Origin: a virus | DNA length: 64,000 nucleotides | Strand: one strand, 5' to 3' | IMG/VR virus record: IMGVR_UViG_3300020473_000020 | Coordinates: 32,001 to 96,000 of that record | Part shown: in pieces, positions 49,042 through 58,141 of the stretch | How the letters are laid out: every line of letters starts with the position of its first letter | Numbering within the stretch: position 1 is the stretch's first letter | The notes under the pieces: model-generated | Seen by the model: only the letters and a program-made list of their open reading frames with translations | The model's database searches: none | Told to the model about the DNA's origin: nothing | Made by a program: the position numbers and the translations under genes

Positions 49042-49242
49042 TAAATATGCTTCTAGCGCTTGTACGCTATAGCTTTCTTAGTCTCGTTTATTGGGTAGCC
49101 CGTCACTTGTGCACGTCTACCGCGAGGCATTCTATCAGAAGTGGTATTATTTAGAAATGTCTGTGTTGCAGTGATTTATGGATTTGTTGCAAAAAAAAAA
49201 ATGGCCTCAAGATGAGACCATTTTAATTTACTAGTTTACTCG

Positions 49243-50469
49243 TTACTTCTTCGACTTTAAGTGCTTCGCTACCGCAGCGGATAGCTTAGCCGTGTACTCT
49301 TCATCCATTGCTGGGTCGACCTTGGCTAAGTCTTCTACAGACTTAAACTTGTTTAGCTGTTCTTGGTTGAACATACCCATAGATTCGAAGAACTCATACG
49401 CGCCACGAAGGTCTGATAACTTCGGCGACCACGTGCCTTTCTTAGCCTCAACACCTAGCTCTTTCATGATTAAATAAATCTCATCAAAGCGGATTTCTTT
49501 ATCAATCAGGAGCAAGCGGCGCATTGTACCTACAACGCCGTATGTGTTAGCGCTGATACTAGTCGTACGGACAGAACGCTTTCGAGCCTTCTCTTCGGCT
49601 TTACGCTTCGCTTCCGCTTCGGCCTTAGCCTTGGCCTCGGCTTCTTTTTGTGCTTTCTCTTCGGCTTTACGCTTCGCTTCCGCTTCGGCCTTAGCCTTGG
49701 CCTCAGCTTCTTCTTGTGCTTTCTTCTTAGCGGCTTCTTTTGCAGCGGCTTCTTCTTTGGCTTTTTTATCAGCGTCTTCTTTCGCTTTTTTCTCGGCTTC
49801 GGCCTTTGCTGCTTGCGCTTCGGCATCATCGTTTAGGTCGGTGCTTACTGCATCGTCGCCATCGGGGTCGCCGACTAAGTCAGAAATATCAGCAAGGGCT
49901 GCCAGTGTTTGGTCAGTACTACTTAATGCTGGCTCAACTTTTCGGCGCTGACGACGCGAGCGTGCTGGCTTCTTCTCAGTGCCAAAATGTGACGCTAGTG
50001 TGCTTTCAACATTTTTTAGCACGGCGTTACCTTTCAGCTCCGCTGTAATTTCTTTAGGTAGTGCCACACCGTCTGGCCAGTTAGCTAGTGCGTAGGCAAC
50101 CGTCAGGACATCGTCATCGTCACCAGCTTCATCAAGTGCTGGGAAATCTGCGAATAACTCAGCCTGAGCACCCATTGCATCAGGGTCAAGCTCGGCTTCG
50201 TGGTTGTCTGCAACCTCATCCGTCCATTCTTTTAGCTCGGCTAATGCCTTTGCACGCGAGGCTGACTTACGAGCACTCTCAACAAGTGCATTGTACTGGT
50301 CATCGTCTAATCCGTAGATGAACGCATCATAGATCTTACCGCTTACGACCTCAGCCGTGTCGGTGCTCTTGATGCAATAAGGTTCATTCTCGTCGGTAAG
50401 CATCGGTAGGACTTCCAACGCAGCTAATAAAACTGTGTTAAGTGTGTCGGTCATTTTTCGGTTATCCAT
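49243..50469 (-). CDS. hypothetical protein with Ala/Lys/Glu-rich linker
   Basis: acidic N-terminus, AEAKAKAEAEAKRKAEEKA repeats; own promoter and terminator. Confidence 0.65.
   Translation of the reverse strand: MDNRKMTDTLNTVLLAALEVLPMLTDENEPYCIKSTDTAEVVSGKIYDAFIYGLDDDQYNALVESARKSASRAKALAELKEWTDEVADNHEAELDPDAMGAQAELFADFPALDEAGDDDDVLTVAYALANWPDGVALPKEITAELKGNAVLKNVESTLASHFGTEKKPARSRRQRRKVEPALSSTDQTLAALADISDLVGDPDGDDAVSTDLNDDAEAQAAKAEAEKKAKEDADKKAKEEAAAKEAAKKKAQEEAEAKAKAEAEAKRKAEEKAQKEAEAKAKAEAEAKRKAEEKARKRSVRTTSISANTYGVVGTMRRLLLIDKEIRFDEIYLIMKELGVEAKKGTWSPKLSDLRGAYEFFESMGMFNQEQLNKFKSVEDLAKVDPAMDEEYTAKLSAAVAKHLKSKK
49590..49711. repeat. coding tandem duplication (66-bp period)
   Basis: TTCTCTTCGGCTTTACGCTTCGCTTCCGCTTCGGCCTTAGCCTTGGCCTC occurs twice. 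Confidence 0.8.
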
Positions 50470-50590
50470 TTATCGGTGTAATCGTCTGCGGCGCAGCGAT
50501 TTATTAAACATGGTTGTACAATACATTATTTTTTGCGGAAGTAAAACCTTTTTTATAAAAAGTTTGTACAACGCTTTACGAGGCAGTGCT

Positions 50591-51598
50591 CTAGTCTTCA
50601 TAACGCTTGCGTAATATTTGCTTGGCTGAGGCCATGGCAGCATCGTATTTGCGACCTAGGATGCGCTCTACTTTGTGCTTGTTCTCTTTCGAGACAAGGT
50701 CTGCCATTGACTTAATACCAAAGTTGGCGAGCTTGCGAACAAGCATCACACCTAAGCCTTCAACTTCCGTTAGCTCAGCAACAGACTGCGAGGTACCGTT
50801 CTTATAGCGTGTTTCAAGTAGATGCCAGTAACCCTCTGGGCGTTCCCAGTCGCATGCCTTAGCTATTTGGCGTACAGCTTGGAATATACGTGAGCTGTCG
50901 TATTTAAACGCAGAGAGTCGCGTTGCTGGGACGACCTTGCCGTTGATGTGGTCATAGATGTCCGCAGCGAGCGCCGTCGCACGTACACCACGGAGCTTCT
51001 TCGTCAACTCTGCTTCATAGGCTTCGACTTGCTTTGCTTGTCCTTTAGGGATGTAATCTAAGTTATAGCTCGGCGCACCTGCTACAACATGGGTCATGAC
51101 GTAATCATTTTCCCATAGGTCATTATCTGCGACATCTTGAAGACCACGCCACCAGTGAAAAACATCCTCTGGTTTGTAGTACCATACCGCCGAAACGCGG
51201 CCAATATCTGTGATAAGTAGGCGACCCCCTGTCTCTAAGAGCATCTTAGTGACCAACAAGTCGCGCAAAACCTTGTCGACGATTTCCTGATTAACTTTAC
51301 CCTGAACAAACGCAAGTGAGCGTTTGAACCACGTCTCAACGTCAGCTCGCGTTGTGATCACACCTGAGTCAACCTCGGCCAAAATGTGAAACCCCAGTGT
51401 TGATTCATCAACTAACTGAGAGTCCACGTTTCTCGCTTCTTGGATGCGCTCTTGCCATCTAGTAGGGTTATCGCAAATAAGCAAGCAATGACCATGGTAC
51501 TTATCAAGATAAGCTTGGTCGTTTTCGGCTAACCACGTTTTGGCGTCTTCAACGCTGTCAGCCTTAATAACTTTGTGGTGAGTCTTCAAAGCAGCCAT
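50591..51598 (-). CDS. C-terminal half of a Ski2/Hel308-like helicase
   Basis: GHCLLI..VDSQL..HILAEV..TWFKRSL winged helix, ITDIGRVSAVWYYKP, HhH VEGLGVMLVRKL. Confidence 0.8.
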   Translation of the reverse strand: MAALKTHHKVIKADSVEDAKTWLAENDQAYLDKYHGHCLLICDNPTRWQERIQEARNVDSQLVDESTLGFHILAEVDSGVITTRADVETWFKRSLAFVQGKVNQEIVDKVLRDLLVTKMLLETGGRLLITDIGRVSAVWYYKPEDVFHWWRGLQDVADNDLWENDYVMTHVVAGAPSYNLDYIPKGQAKQVEAYEAELTKKLRGVRATALAADIYDHINGKVVPATRLSAFKYDSSRIFQAVRQIAKACDWERPEGYWHLLETRYKNGTSQSVAELTEVEGLGVMLVRKLANFGIKSMADLVSKENKHKVERILGRKYDAAMASAKQILRKRYED

Positions 51599-52536
51599 TA
51601 GTCTAACCCTCCGAAATCAGTTTTAGTCTGTAACTTCTTCACGTTCCAAGTGTTTGACTTACGGCTAACAAATAGCTGTGTCTCTGGCTCATCTGCCCAC
51701 TTTTTCTTATCCTTTATGTTACGGCCAAATACCGTACGGAACGTGTAGGCCGTCACTGTTTTAACGCCTTTAGGCAGGCAAGACTCTCTAGCCTTCGGGT
51801 CACGCATCCCAACTGTCAGTGCCTCTTCTTCACCCGCTGATACGTAAGCACTAAAAGCTGAAACAAGCTTTAGCGCTAGGAATTGCTGCTTGCTCTCATA
51901 CTCGTTTAAATCTCCCGACAAGGTTGCATCGCTCATGTTACCGACATGGGTCTGATACTCTTTAATTGTCTTAGAACGAAGCAGAAGCGGGATGGTCGTG
52001 TGATGTGTCATGACGCGGCTGAACTCACCGTCATCCGTTGGGATAATGATGGCTAAGGCATTCTTATCAAGGTTTTCAGGTTTAACCATGACATTGCCCT
52101 CGGGACGATGAAAGTCGCTCAGAAGGGCATTCGTAACCGTCTTAACATGGTCTGCCGTGCGCATGTAAGTTACCATGAAGCTCGGTAAACGTACGCCATC
52201 ATACTCAAAGTTAGCTGGAAGCGTGAAAACAAAGTTAGACATCGGAAAGTTGAAGCCCTTGGCGTCATCCACGTCGTAGTCAGCGTTTAGTAGATTCACG
52301 ACATCTACCTCAGTTTCAGGGTAGATAACGTTACGCTTGGTTTTATTGAGCCAGTAGTGCTCTTCACTAAAGATATAATCATCCATTAGAGCACCATGTG
52401 GTAATCCTGCCCCAGCACGTTCGTCGACGATGGCATTCATCGCGCCTTTAAAGTCACCTTTTTTAAAGGTACGACCAAACGCCGCAAACATGTTCATGTG
52501 ATTCGTTGTTAGTAGTTTTATTTTAGAATAGCGCAT
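51598..52536 (-). CDS. hypothetical protein between the two helicase halves
   Basis: 312 aa, TAATG-coupled to the C-half; no motif recognised. Confidence 0.65.
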   Translation of the reverse strand: MRYSKIKLLTTNHMNMFAAFGRTFKKGDFKGAMNAIVDERAGAGLPHGALMDDYIFSEEHYWLNKTKRNVIYPETEVDVVNLLNADYDVDDAKGFNFPMSNFVFTLPANFEYDGVRLPSFMVTYMRTADHVKTVTNALLSDFHRPEGNVMVKPENLDKNALAIIIPTDDGEFSRVMTHHTTIPLLLRSKTIKEYQTHVGNMSDATLSGDLNEYESKQQFLALKLVSAFSAYVSAGEEEALTVGMRDPKARESCLPKGVKTVTAYTFRTVFGRNIKDKKKWADEPETQLFVSRKSNTWNVKKLQTKTDFGGLD

Positions 52537-52551
52537 CTTAGCTTCCCTTTA

Positions 52552-54537
52552 TTATGACGTTGCTGTAGCGCGGCGATTACGCCCGCGACGTGACTTACGC
52601 TGAGACTGTAAGTCGTTTACAAGTGCGTCGACGTCTATGTCGATTTCACGACGCTGTCTACGCTTACGGCGTGTTGCCGCAGGTTTTTCTGTTTTCGATT
52701 CTGTAGGTGTACTTTCCGTATAGTCATCGGTACGTATGTCTATCACTTGTGCCTGACCTAAAGACTTCTCATCAGTCGATAACAGACGGATTGATAAGCG
52801 GTCAAAGCTTGTCTGCGTATACACCTCAGCGTCTGGCGTTTGGATGTAATACTCAGGTGGTAGTGCACGGCCTGCACGACCTGCCATCTGGTGAATATCG
52901 GCCAAGTCGACTTGGTTGATACCTCGGGTTGTGCCTACGATGATTGCATTCTTTGCTGGAACGTTTACACCCCACGCAAGTGTACTGGTCGCCACAAGCA
53001 CGCGGATTTTACCCATCGGATCCTTAAACTCACTCTCAATACGCTTACGCGTGTCCTTCGGTGCATCGGCATTATGGAACTCAGTAACAACCCCCTCACC
53101 GCGCAGTTGACGAACAAGTTCTTTACCCGTCGTTTTGTCATGGACGAAAAGCAAGCATTTCTCATGCTCGCGCTCGGGAGCCATTACTGCGTTCACGGCC
53201 TCTTGTATTTTGGCCTGTTGGTTACGACGGTAATCACCTTGCTCAATGTACTGCGGAAAGTGCCACGTTAGCGGTGTCGGTCTCCACGGTGAATTGATGA
53301 CCTCTGTTTTCTTGCCGTTTAAGACTGTTAGCCACTTAGCAAAATCTTCAACGTTAGGCATTGTCGCCGACATGAAGAGAATGCGCGCTTTCGAGTTAAG
53401 ATTTGTAAAGCGCATCAAGCCTGCTTCAACAGCATGGCCACGGCTCGTGCCGATGATATGTGATTCATCGACAACAACCAGTCTAATATCGTCGATCCAT
53501 GCGCTTTTCTCTGAGCCGTACTTACGTGTACGCGAGTCAAGCATTTCAGACGTTACACACAGAATGTCAGAGTTATTCACCTCACGGGCACGTGCCTCAG
53601 TCAACTGGTGGTCACCCGTCATGATACCGATGTCGTAGTCATCACCGAAAGTCTCTGACCACTCTTCGTATTTTTCTTGGGTAAGTGCTCTTAGCGGCGA
53701 AACATAAACAACCTTATCGCCCTTGGCCAGTGTTCGCGCCATACAAAGCTCGGCACTGACAGTCTTACCTGACGACGTCGCGGTACCAAGTACTAGGTTT
53801 ACGTCATTTCGATGTATGTTATTCGCAAGTAGTGTACTTTGTACGCGGTTGAAATGACTAAACGGGTATTTCAAAAGCTTGTATTCGCTTGTTGGTATTA
53901 CGTCGGCGTCATTCACTAAAGGAAGACCTATGCCAGATTGGCCATCGGTCTCTGACACATCGCCAAAAGTTAGCGTACCATCTGCACTCGCCGCTTGCTT
54001 GTTGCCTTTCTCTGGTTGAAGCAGTGTATCAGGGAGCATCTGACCTTCTCGAAGAAAGTATTGCTGACTCGGGGCATCTAAAACGCGAAGAGGGTGCACT
54101 TTCTCTGTTGCTAGCTCGCGGCCAGAACATACAAAGTAGTCACTGCACGACTTCATAGGGCGGCCTGCGTTCACGCGAATAGTTTTATGCGAACCACATT
54201 TAGGGCAGAAATCTATTTCTGCATAATCCATTGACTGGTTATCAGCGGCACGGTCGAGAGCTTCTAGCGTTCTTTTATCGAACGTCGATGATTTCAGTAA
54301 CATCGGGTCGTACTCTCGAACCACCACGTTTGATTTAGGGTCGAAGGTTACGAGGCGCACAGACGATGGGTTGTACTCCATATCTGTGTTGAAGCCTGTC
54401 ACTAGCCAATTCTCAAGACGGCCATCAAGTGACTTAATTACAAGTTCGCGGTTGCCATCAAGGGCAAGGGCTACGTAACCCCATTTAGTCGATGCCCAAT
54501 CTAGCTGAGCATGAAGCTGGTCTTTAATCTGTGACAT
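52552..54537 (-). CDS. N-terminal half of a Ski2/Hel308-like DExH helicase
   Basis: FNRVQ, TSSGKT, SPLRAL, DESH, SAT, TSTLAWGVN, QMAGRAGR; N-terminal zinc ribbon; start likely MSQIKD. Confidence 0.88.
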   Translation of the reverse strand: MSQIKDQLHAQLDWASTKWGYVALALDGNRELVIKSLDGRLENWLVTGFNTDMEYNPSSVRLVTFDPKSNVVVREYDPMLLKSSTFDKRTLEALDRAADNQSMDYAEIDFCPKCGSHKTIRVNAGRPMKSCSDYFVCSGRELATEKVHPLRVLDAPSQQYFLREGQMLPDTLLQPEKGNKQAASADGTLTFGDVSETDGQSGIGLPLVNDADVIPTSEYKLLKYPFSHFNRVQSTLLANNIHRNDVNLVLGTATSSGKTVSAELCMARTLAKGDKVVYVSPLRALTQEKYEEWSETFGDDYDIGIMTGDHQLTEARAREVNNSDILCVTSEMLDSRTRKYGSEKSAWIDDIRLVVVDESHIIGTSRGHAVEAGLMRFTNLNSKARILFMSATMPNVEDFAKWLTVLNGKKTEVINSPWRPTPLTWHFPQYIEQGDYRRNQQAKIQEAVNAVMAPEREHEKCLLFVHDKTTGKELVRQLRGEGVVTEFHNADAPKDTRKRIESEFKDPMGKIRVLVATSTLAWGVNVPAKNAIIVGTTRGINQVDLADIHQMAGRAGRALPPEYYIQTPDAEVYTQTSFDRLSIRLLSTDEKSLGQAQVIDIRTDDYTESTPTESKTEKPAATRRKRRQRREIDIDVDALVNDLQSQRKSRRGRNRRATATS

Positions 54538-54603
54538 AGTACTGCCTAAAAGTGAATAGGTTGTCTTCGGTCTATAGCGCATAGCGCTTTATCTATGGGT
54601 GTA

Positions 54604-54632
54604 AGATAGCAGCTAACCCGCTGCGCCGCAAC
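54604..54632 (-). promoter_or_regulatory. sigma70-like promoter, TTGCRNYGCAG class
   Basis: minus strand TTGCGG-N17-TATCTT with TTGTACAA at 54637. Confidence 0.6.
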
Positions 54633-54870
54633 TGTTTTGTACAACGATTTTGCAAGCGTAATCTGTGAGCAGGCCGTGCACGCACCATTGTGCATGCAAT
54701 GGCTTTAGATGTTGACTGGCCATCACGCTAAGTCCTTGGGCTGTAGTCAAATATGCGCGCAATTCGGCGGTTAGTACTACACAAGTTGGACTGTTTCGTG
54801 TAGAGTGGCGCGATGCAAGGTGGCCTAAGTTGCTACCAACAAGAATTGAGACTTAGATACTGGGCATTTT

Positions 54871-57060
54871 ATGATTAATCCTAAAGCGATTGATGGCTTT
54901 ATCCGTGCCGACCGCGATGATTGGCGCTGGATTAAAAAGGCATCACTTGAAGAGCTAGAAGAGACGTTCGCCGACGTTCCTGTACACACCACACCTTATA
55001 AGCATCAATGGGCAAGTATTGCTCTTGGCGTTTCAAACCCAGCGTTCATGTACTTCCTAGACATGGGGCTTGGTAAAGCCTTGGAAGCATCACAGTTAGT
55101 ACTAACGCCGACAGGTTGGAAAGCTATTGGGACGCTAATGGTCGGTGAAACTGTCGTCCACCCATCGGGTGACCATTGTACTATCGAGGGGGTGTTCCCA
55201 CAGGGTAATAAAGACTTATTCGAAGTTGCGTTCGATGACGGTACTAAGAGTATTTGCTGCAAAGAGCACTTATGGTCACTCTGTGATGAGGACGGTACTA
55301 TTACCCAGACTCTTGAACTTCAAGAGTTCATGGGTGACATCAATAACCAAGAGCACCGAATCCCACTCATTTCAAAGACAATCGACCTCAAAGGAAAATC
55401 ACCAGAAATGGGGGCATATCATTCTCGCCGTGAGCTTCTTAATGAAACTACTTGTGATAACGATGCGCTGTACCTCTCAAGGTCATTAGGCCAGTGGAGT
55501 GCATTGGACGAACACGGCAAGCTCATTACTAAAGATACTAAATACAAAACTATCACGAGTGTGACGCCTCACGGCTACGGCCAAGCTGTATGTATCAAGG
55601 TTGACCGTGACGACGGGCTATTCATCACAAATGACTTTATTGTTACGCACAACACTAAGCTACTTCTAGATTTGTTCATGTACCGCCGAAAGCTTGGCCA
55701 AGCGAAGCGTGCGCTGGTATTGGTACCAAACTTCACAAACATCCAATCATGGGTTGATGAAATCCAAGTACACCAGCCCGAACTTGTGGGCATCGGCCTT
55801 GAGGGCAGTGCGAAGCAGCGCAAGGAACTACTTGAAGCCGAAGGTGACGTCTGGATCATCAACTACCAAGGCTTGCAATCACTTGTTACGAAGACTGAAA
55901 ACCGTCGTCGCACTATTGACGAAGAGGCGCTTGAGTACACAGCAAGCTTATTTGACATGGTCGCGATGGATGAGATACACAAATGTAAAAACCCTGAGTC
56001 ACTAACATTTGAAATCTGTGATGTCCTTTGTCAGGCCGCAAAGTTCCGCTATGGCCTGACTGGTACGCCATTCGGCCGTAACCCTATGGACTTGTGGGCG
56101 CAGTTCTTCTTGATTGACCGTGGCGAATCATTGAGCCATCACCCTCAAATCTTTAAAGAAACATTCTTTGACCAGAAGGTTAACGGCGCAGGCTTTATGG
56201 ACTGGGAGTTCAATAAGAAGAAAAAGCGCTTATTGAATCGCATGATCCAGCACCGCAGCATACGCTACCGCGACTCGGAGTGTATGGACTTACCTAGCCA
56301 AAACTTCATTCCTGTGCGTGTTGGCATGGGCAAAGATGCCTTGAAGTATATGCGCGAAATGCTTGACGAGATTCAGCAAAAGGCGATGGCTGGCGATGCG
56401 CTTGACGACCGTAAGAATGCTGAGAACGTCTTTATGAAGATGCGTACGCTAGCCTCGGGGTTTGTGCGTGTTTACGAGCTAGATGACGATGGCAAAAAGA
56501 CGAAAAACTACGAAGACATCATCTTTAAAGACCAGCCTAAGCTCGATGCACTTACCGACCTTATTGAGTCACTGCCAGAAGGTGAGAAAATCGTTATTTT
56601 CCACGAGTTCATCGCGACAGGTAATATGATTGAGGCTGCGCTCAAAAAGTCCAAGATTAAATACCTAGCGCTGAACGCACAAACCAAAGATAAAAAGGCG
56701 TTCTTACATGACTTCCGTGAAAATAAGTCTATTACAGCAGCCGTTGTAAACTCGAAGTCAGGTTCGACTGGTCTAAACCTACAGACAGCGAATCACATGG
56801 CCTTTTTTGAATCACCTGTTTCCCCGATTGAACGTCAGCAAGCAGAAAAGCGTACCCACCGTGGCGGCCAGAAGAAGCCGTGCTTTTACTACGACCTGAT
56901 TACGATCAACTCTGTCGATGAACGTATTCAAGAATTTATCAAAGAGGGTAAAGACTTGATGACTGAAATCGTAGAGCAGAAGTCTAGCATGCTGCTTGGC
57001 ATGATGGGCGAAATGGTAAGCGACGAGAAGTCGCGTACCAGCAAAAAGAAAAAGAAGTAA
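54871..57060 (+). CDS. SNF2-family helicase containing an intein
   Basis: DMGLGK|T, DEIH, LTGTP, GLNLQTA, QAEKRTHRGGQ. Confidence 0.9.
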   Translation: MINPKAIDGFIRADRDDWRWIKKASLEELEETFADVPVHTTPYKHQWASIALGVSNPAFMYFLDMGLGKALEASQLVLTPTGWKAIGTLMVGETVVHPSGDHCTIEGVFPQGNKDLFEVAFDDGTKSICCKEHLWSLCDEDGTITQTLELQEFMGDINNQEHRIPLISKTIDLKGKSPEMGAYHSRRELLNETTCDNDALYLSRSLGQWSALDEHGKLITKDTKYKTITSVTPHGYGQAVCIKVDRDDGLFITNDFIVTHNTKLLLDLFMYRRKLGQAKRALVLVPNFTNIQSWVDEIQVHQPELVGIGLEGSAKQRKELLEAEGDVWIINYQGLQSLVTKTENRRRTIDEEALEYTASLFDMVAMDEIHKCKNPESLTFEICDVLCQAAKFRYGLTGTPFGRNPMDLWAQFFLIDRGESLSHHPQIFKETFFDQKVNGAGFMDWEFNKKKKRLLNRMIQHRSIRYRDSECMDLPSQNFIPVRVGMGKDALKYMREMLDEIQQKAMAGDALDDRKNAENVFMKMRTLASGFVRVYELDDDGKKTKNYEDIIFKDQPKLDALTDLIESLPEGEKIVIFHEFIATGNMIEAALKKSKIKYLALNAQTKDKKAFLHDFRENKSITAAVVNSKSGSTGLNLQTANHMAFFESPVSPIERQQAEKRTHRGGQKKPCFYYDLITINSVDERIQEFIKEGKDLMTEIVEQKSSMLLGMMGEMVSDEKSRTSKKKKK
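55078..55653 (+). mobile_element. class 3 mini-intein (192 aa) in the SNF2 Walker A motif
   Basis: Ala1 ALEASQLVLTPTG, block B EHLW, block F VCIKVD, block G FIVTHN followed by Thr+1. Confidence 0.9.
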
Positions 57061-57102
57061 GTTGTTGTACAACGATTATTAATAAATGAGACTGAGATAC
57101 TA

Positions 57103-58014
57103 ATGGGACTTTTAGATAAAGCACGTGCGCGTGCGAATGCCGACCGACCTGACGACTGGGTGAAAACCCTGATGCTGGTGGATTACTCAAGCTTGCTATA
57201 CAAAGGCTTGAGCGTTAATGCTGAACTTATGTGCAAAGGTATGTACACGGGTGGCCTTGTTGGTTTGACCGACCAACTCGGCACCTTGGTTAGAGAGCAT
57301 AAGCCTGAGCACATGATTGTGTGCGCTGATGGTAACCCATACTACCGTAAGACTCAGGTCTTCCCTGAGTACAAAGAAGACCGTAAGAAGCGAAAGCAAC
57401 AGTTGCCCGATGAAGCCTTCGCGCACACGCGCATTTTAGGTGATGCGTTTTTAGAGGCAGCGGGTATTGACGTTTGGCGTGCTAAGGGATGGGAAGCTGA
57501 TGACCTTTTCGCACTGGCTGTTGAACACTTTGCTAAGGACTATGACCGTATCGTCATTGCGTCAGCTGATGATGACCTTTACCAACTCTTCAATCACAAG
57601 AACGTGTACTTAGTCAAAAAGTCGGGTCTATATGGGCACAAGCGTTTCGAGGCCGATTATCCTGACCTTACACCCGAAGACTGGGTGATCTTCAATGCTA
57701 TCAAAGGCAGTCACAATAACTATAAGGGCGTTAAGGGTATCGGTGAGAAAAAGGCTCTTGAAGTCATGCGCGATGACGACTTGCTAGACAAAACCTACGA
57801 AGAGCATAAAGACGTGATCGACCTCGGCTTAAAAGTATGTGCACTGCCACTCCCGCTAAGTGCCTTGGAAGAGGGCATTAAATACCCAGAAGTGCCGAAA
57901 CCCCGTGCGCCGCAGTACGATGAGCTTGCAGTTCGGGATTATTTAAGGCAACATGGCATCCGCCCACGACCAACGCTAGGTCAGGCGCTTACGCACTTAG
58001 CAGGGTTTAAATAA
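57103..58014 (+). CDS. 5'-3' flap exonuclease
   Basis: YYRK..FPEYKEDR, WEADD, SADDDLYQL, GVKGIGEKKA. Confidence 0.9.
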   Translation: MGLLDKARARANADRPDDWVKTLMLVDYSSLLYKGLSVNAELMCKGMYTGGLVGLTDQLGTLVREHKPEHMIVCADGNPYYRKTQVFPEYKEDRKKRKQQLPDEAFAHTRILGDAFLEAAGIDVWRAKGWEADDLFALAVEHFAKDYDRIVIASADDDLYQLFNHKNVYLVKKSGLYGHKRFEADYPDLTPEDWVIFNAIKGSHNNYKGVKGIGEKKALEVMRDDDLLDKTYEEHKDVIDLGLKVCALPLPLSALEEGIKYPEVPKPRAPQYDELAVRDYLRQHGIRPRPTLGQALTHLAGFK

Positions 58015-58141
58015 TCCTGCCAATGGGTACCGTACTAATAGAGGGCAGGTTTACAGCCAGCCCCTTGTACAATGAATTGTTGATACTAGCTTATAGAGTA
58101 AGCTAATGCGCTGATGGCGCTTAAATATAATTGAGACTTTG

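Noticed and set aside
49530-50048. Antisense and alternative-frame ORFs over the Ala/Lys/Glu repeat
   Set aside because: Shadows of low-complexity coding sequence
51512-52866. Group I or II intron splitting the helicase
   Set aside because: The interval is almost entirely open reading frame, and I saw no intron core motifs or convincing splice junctions; not formally excluded without a covariance search
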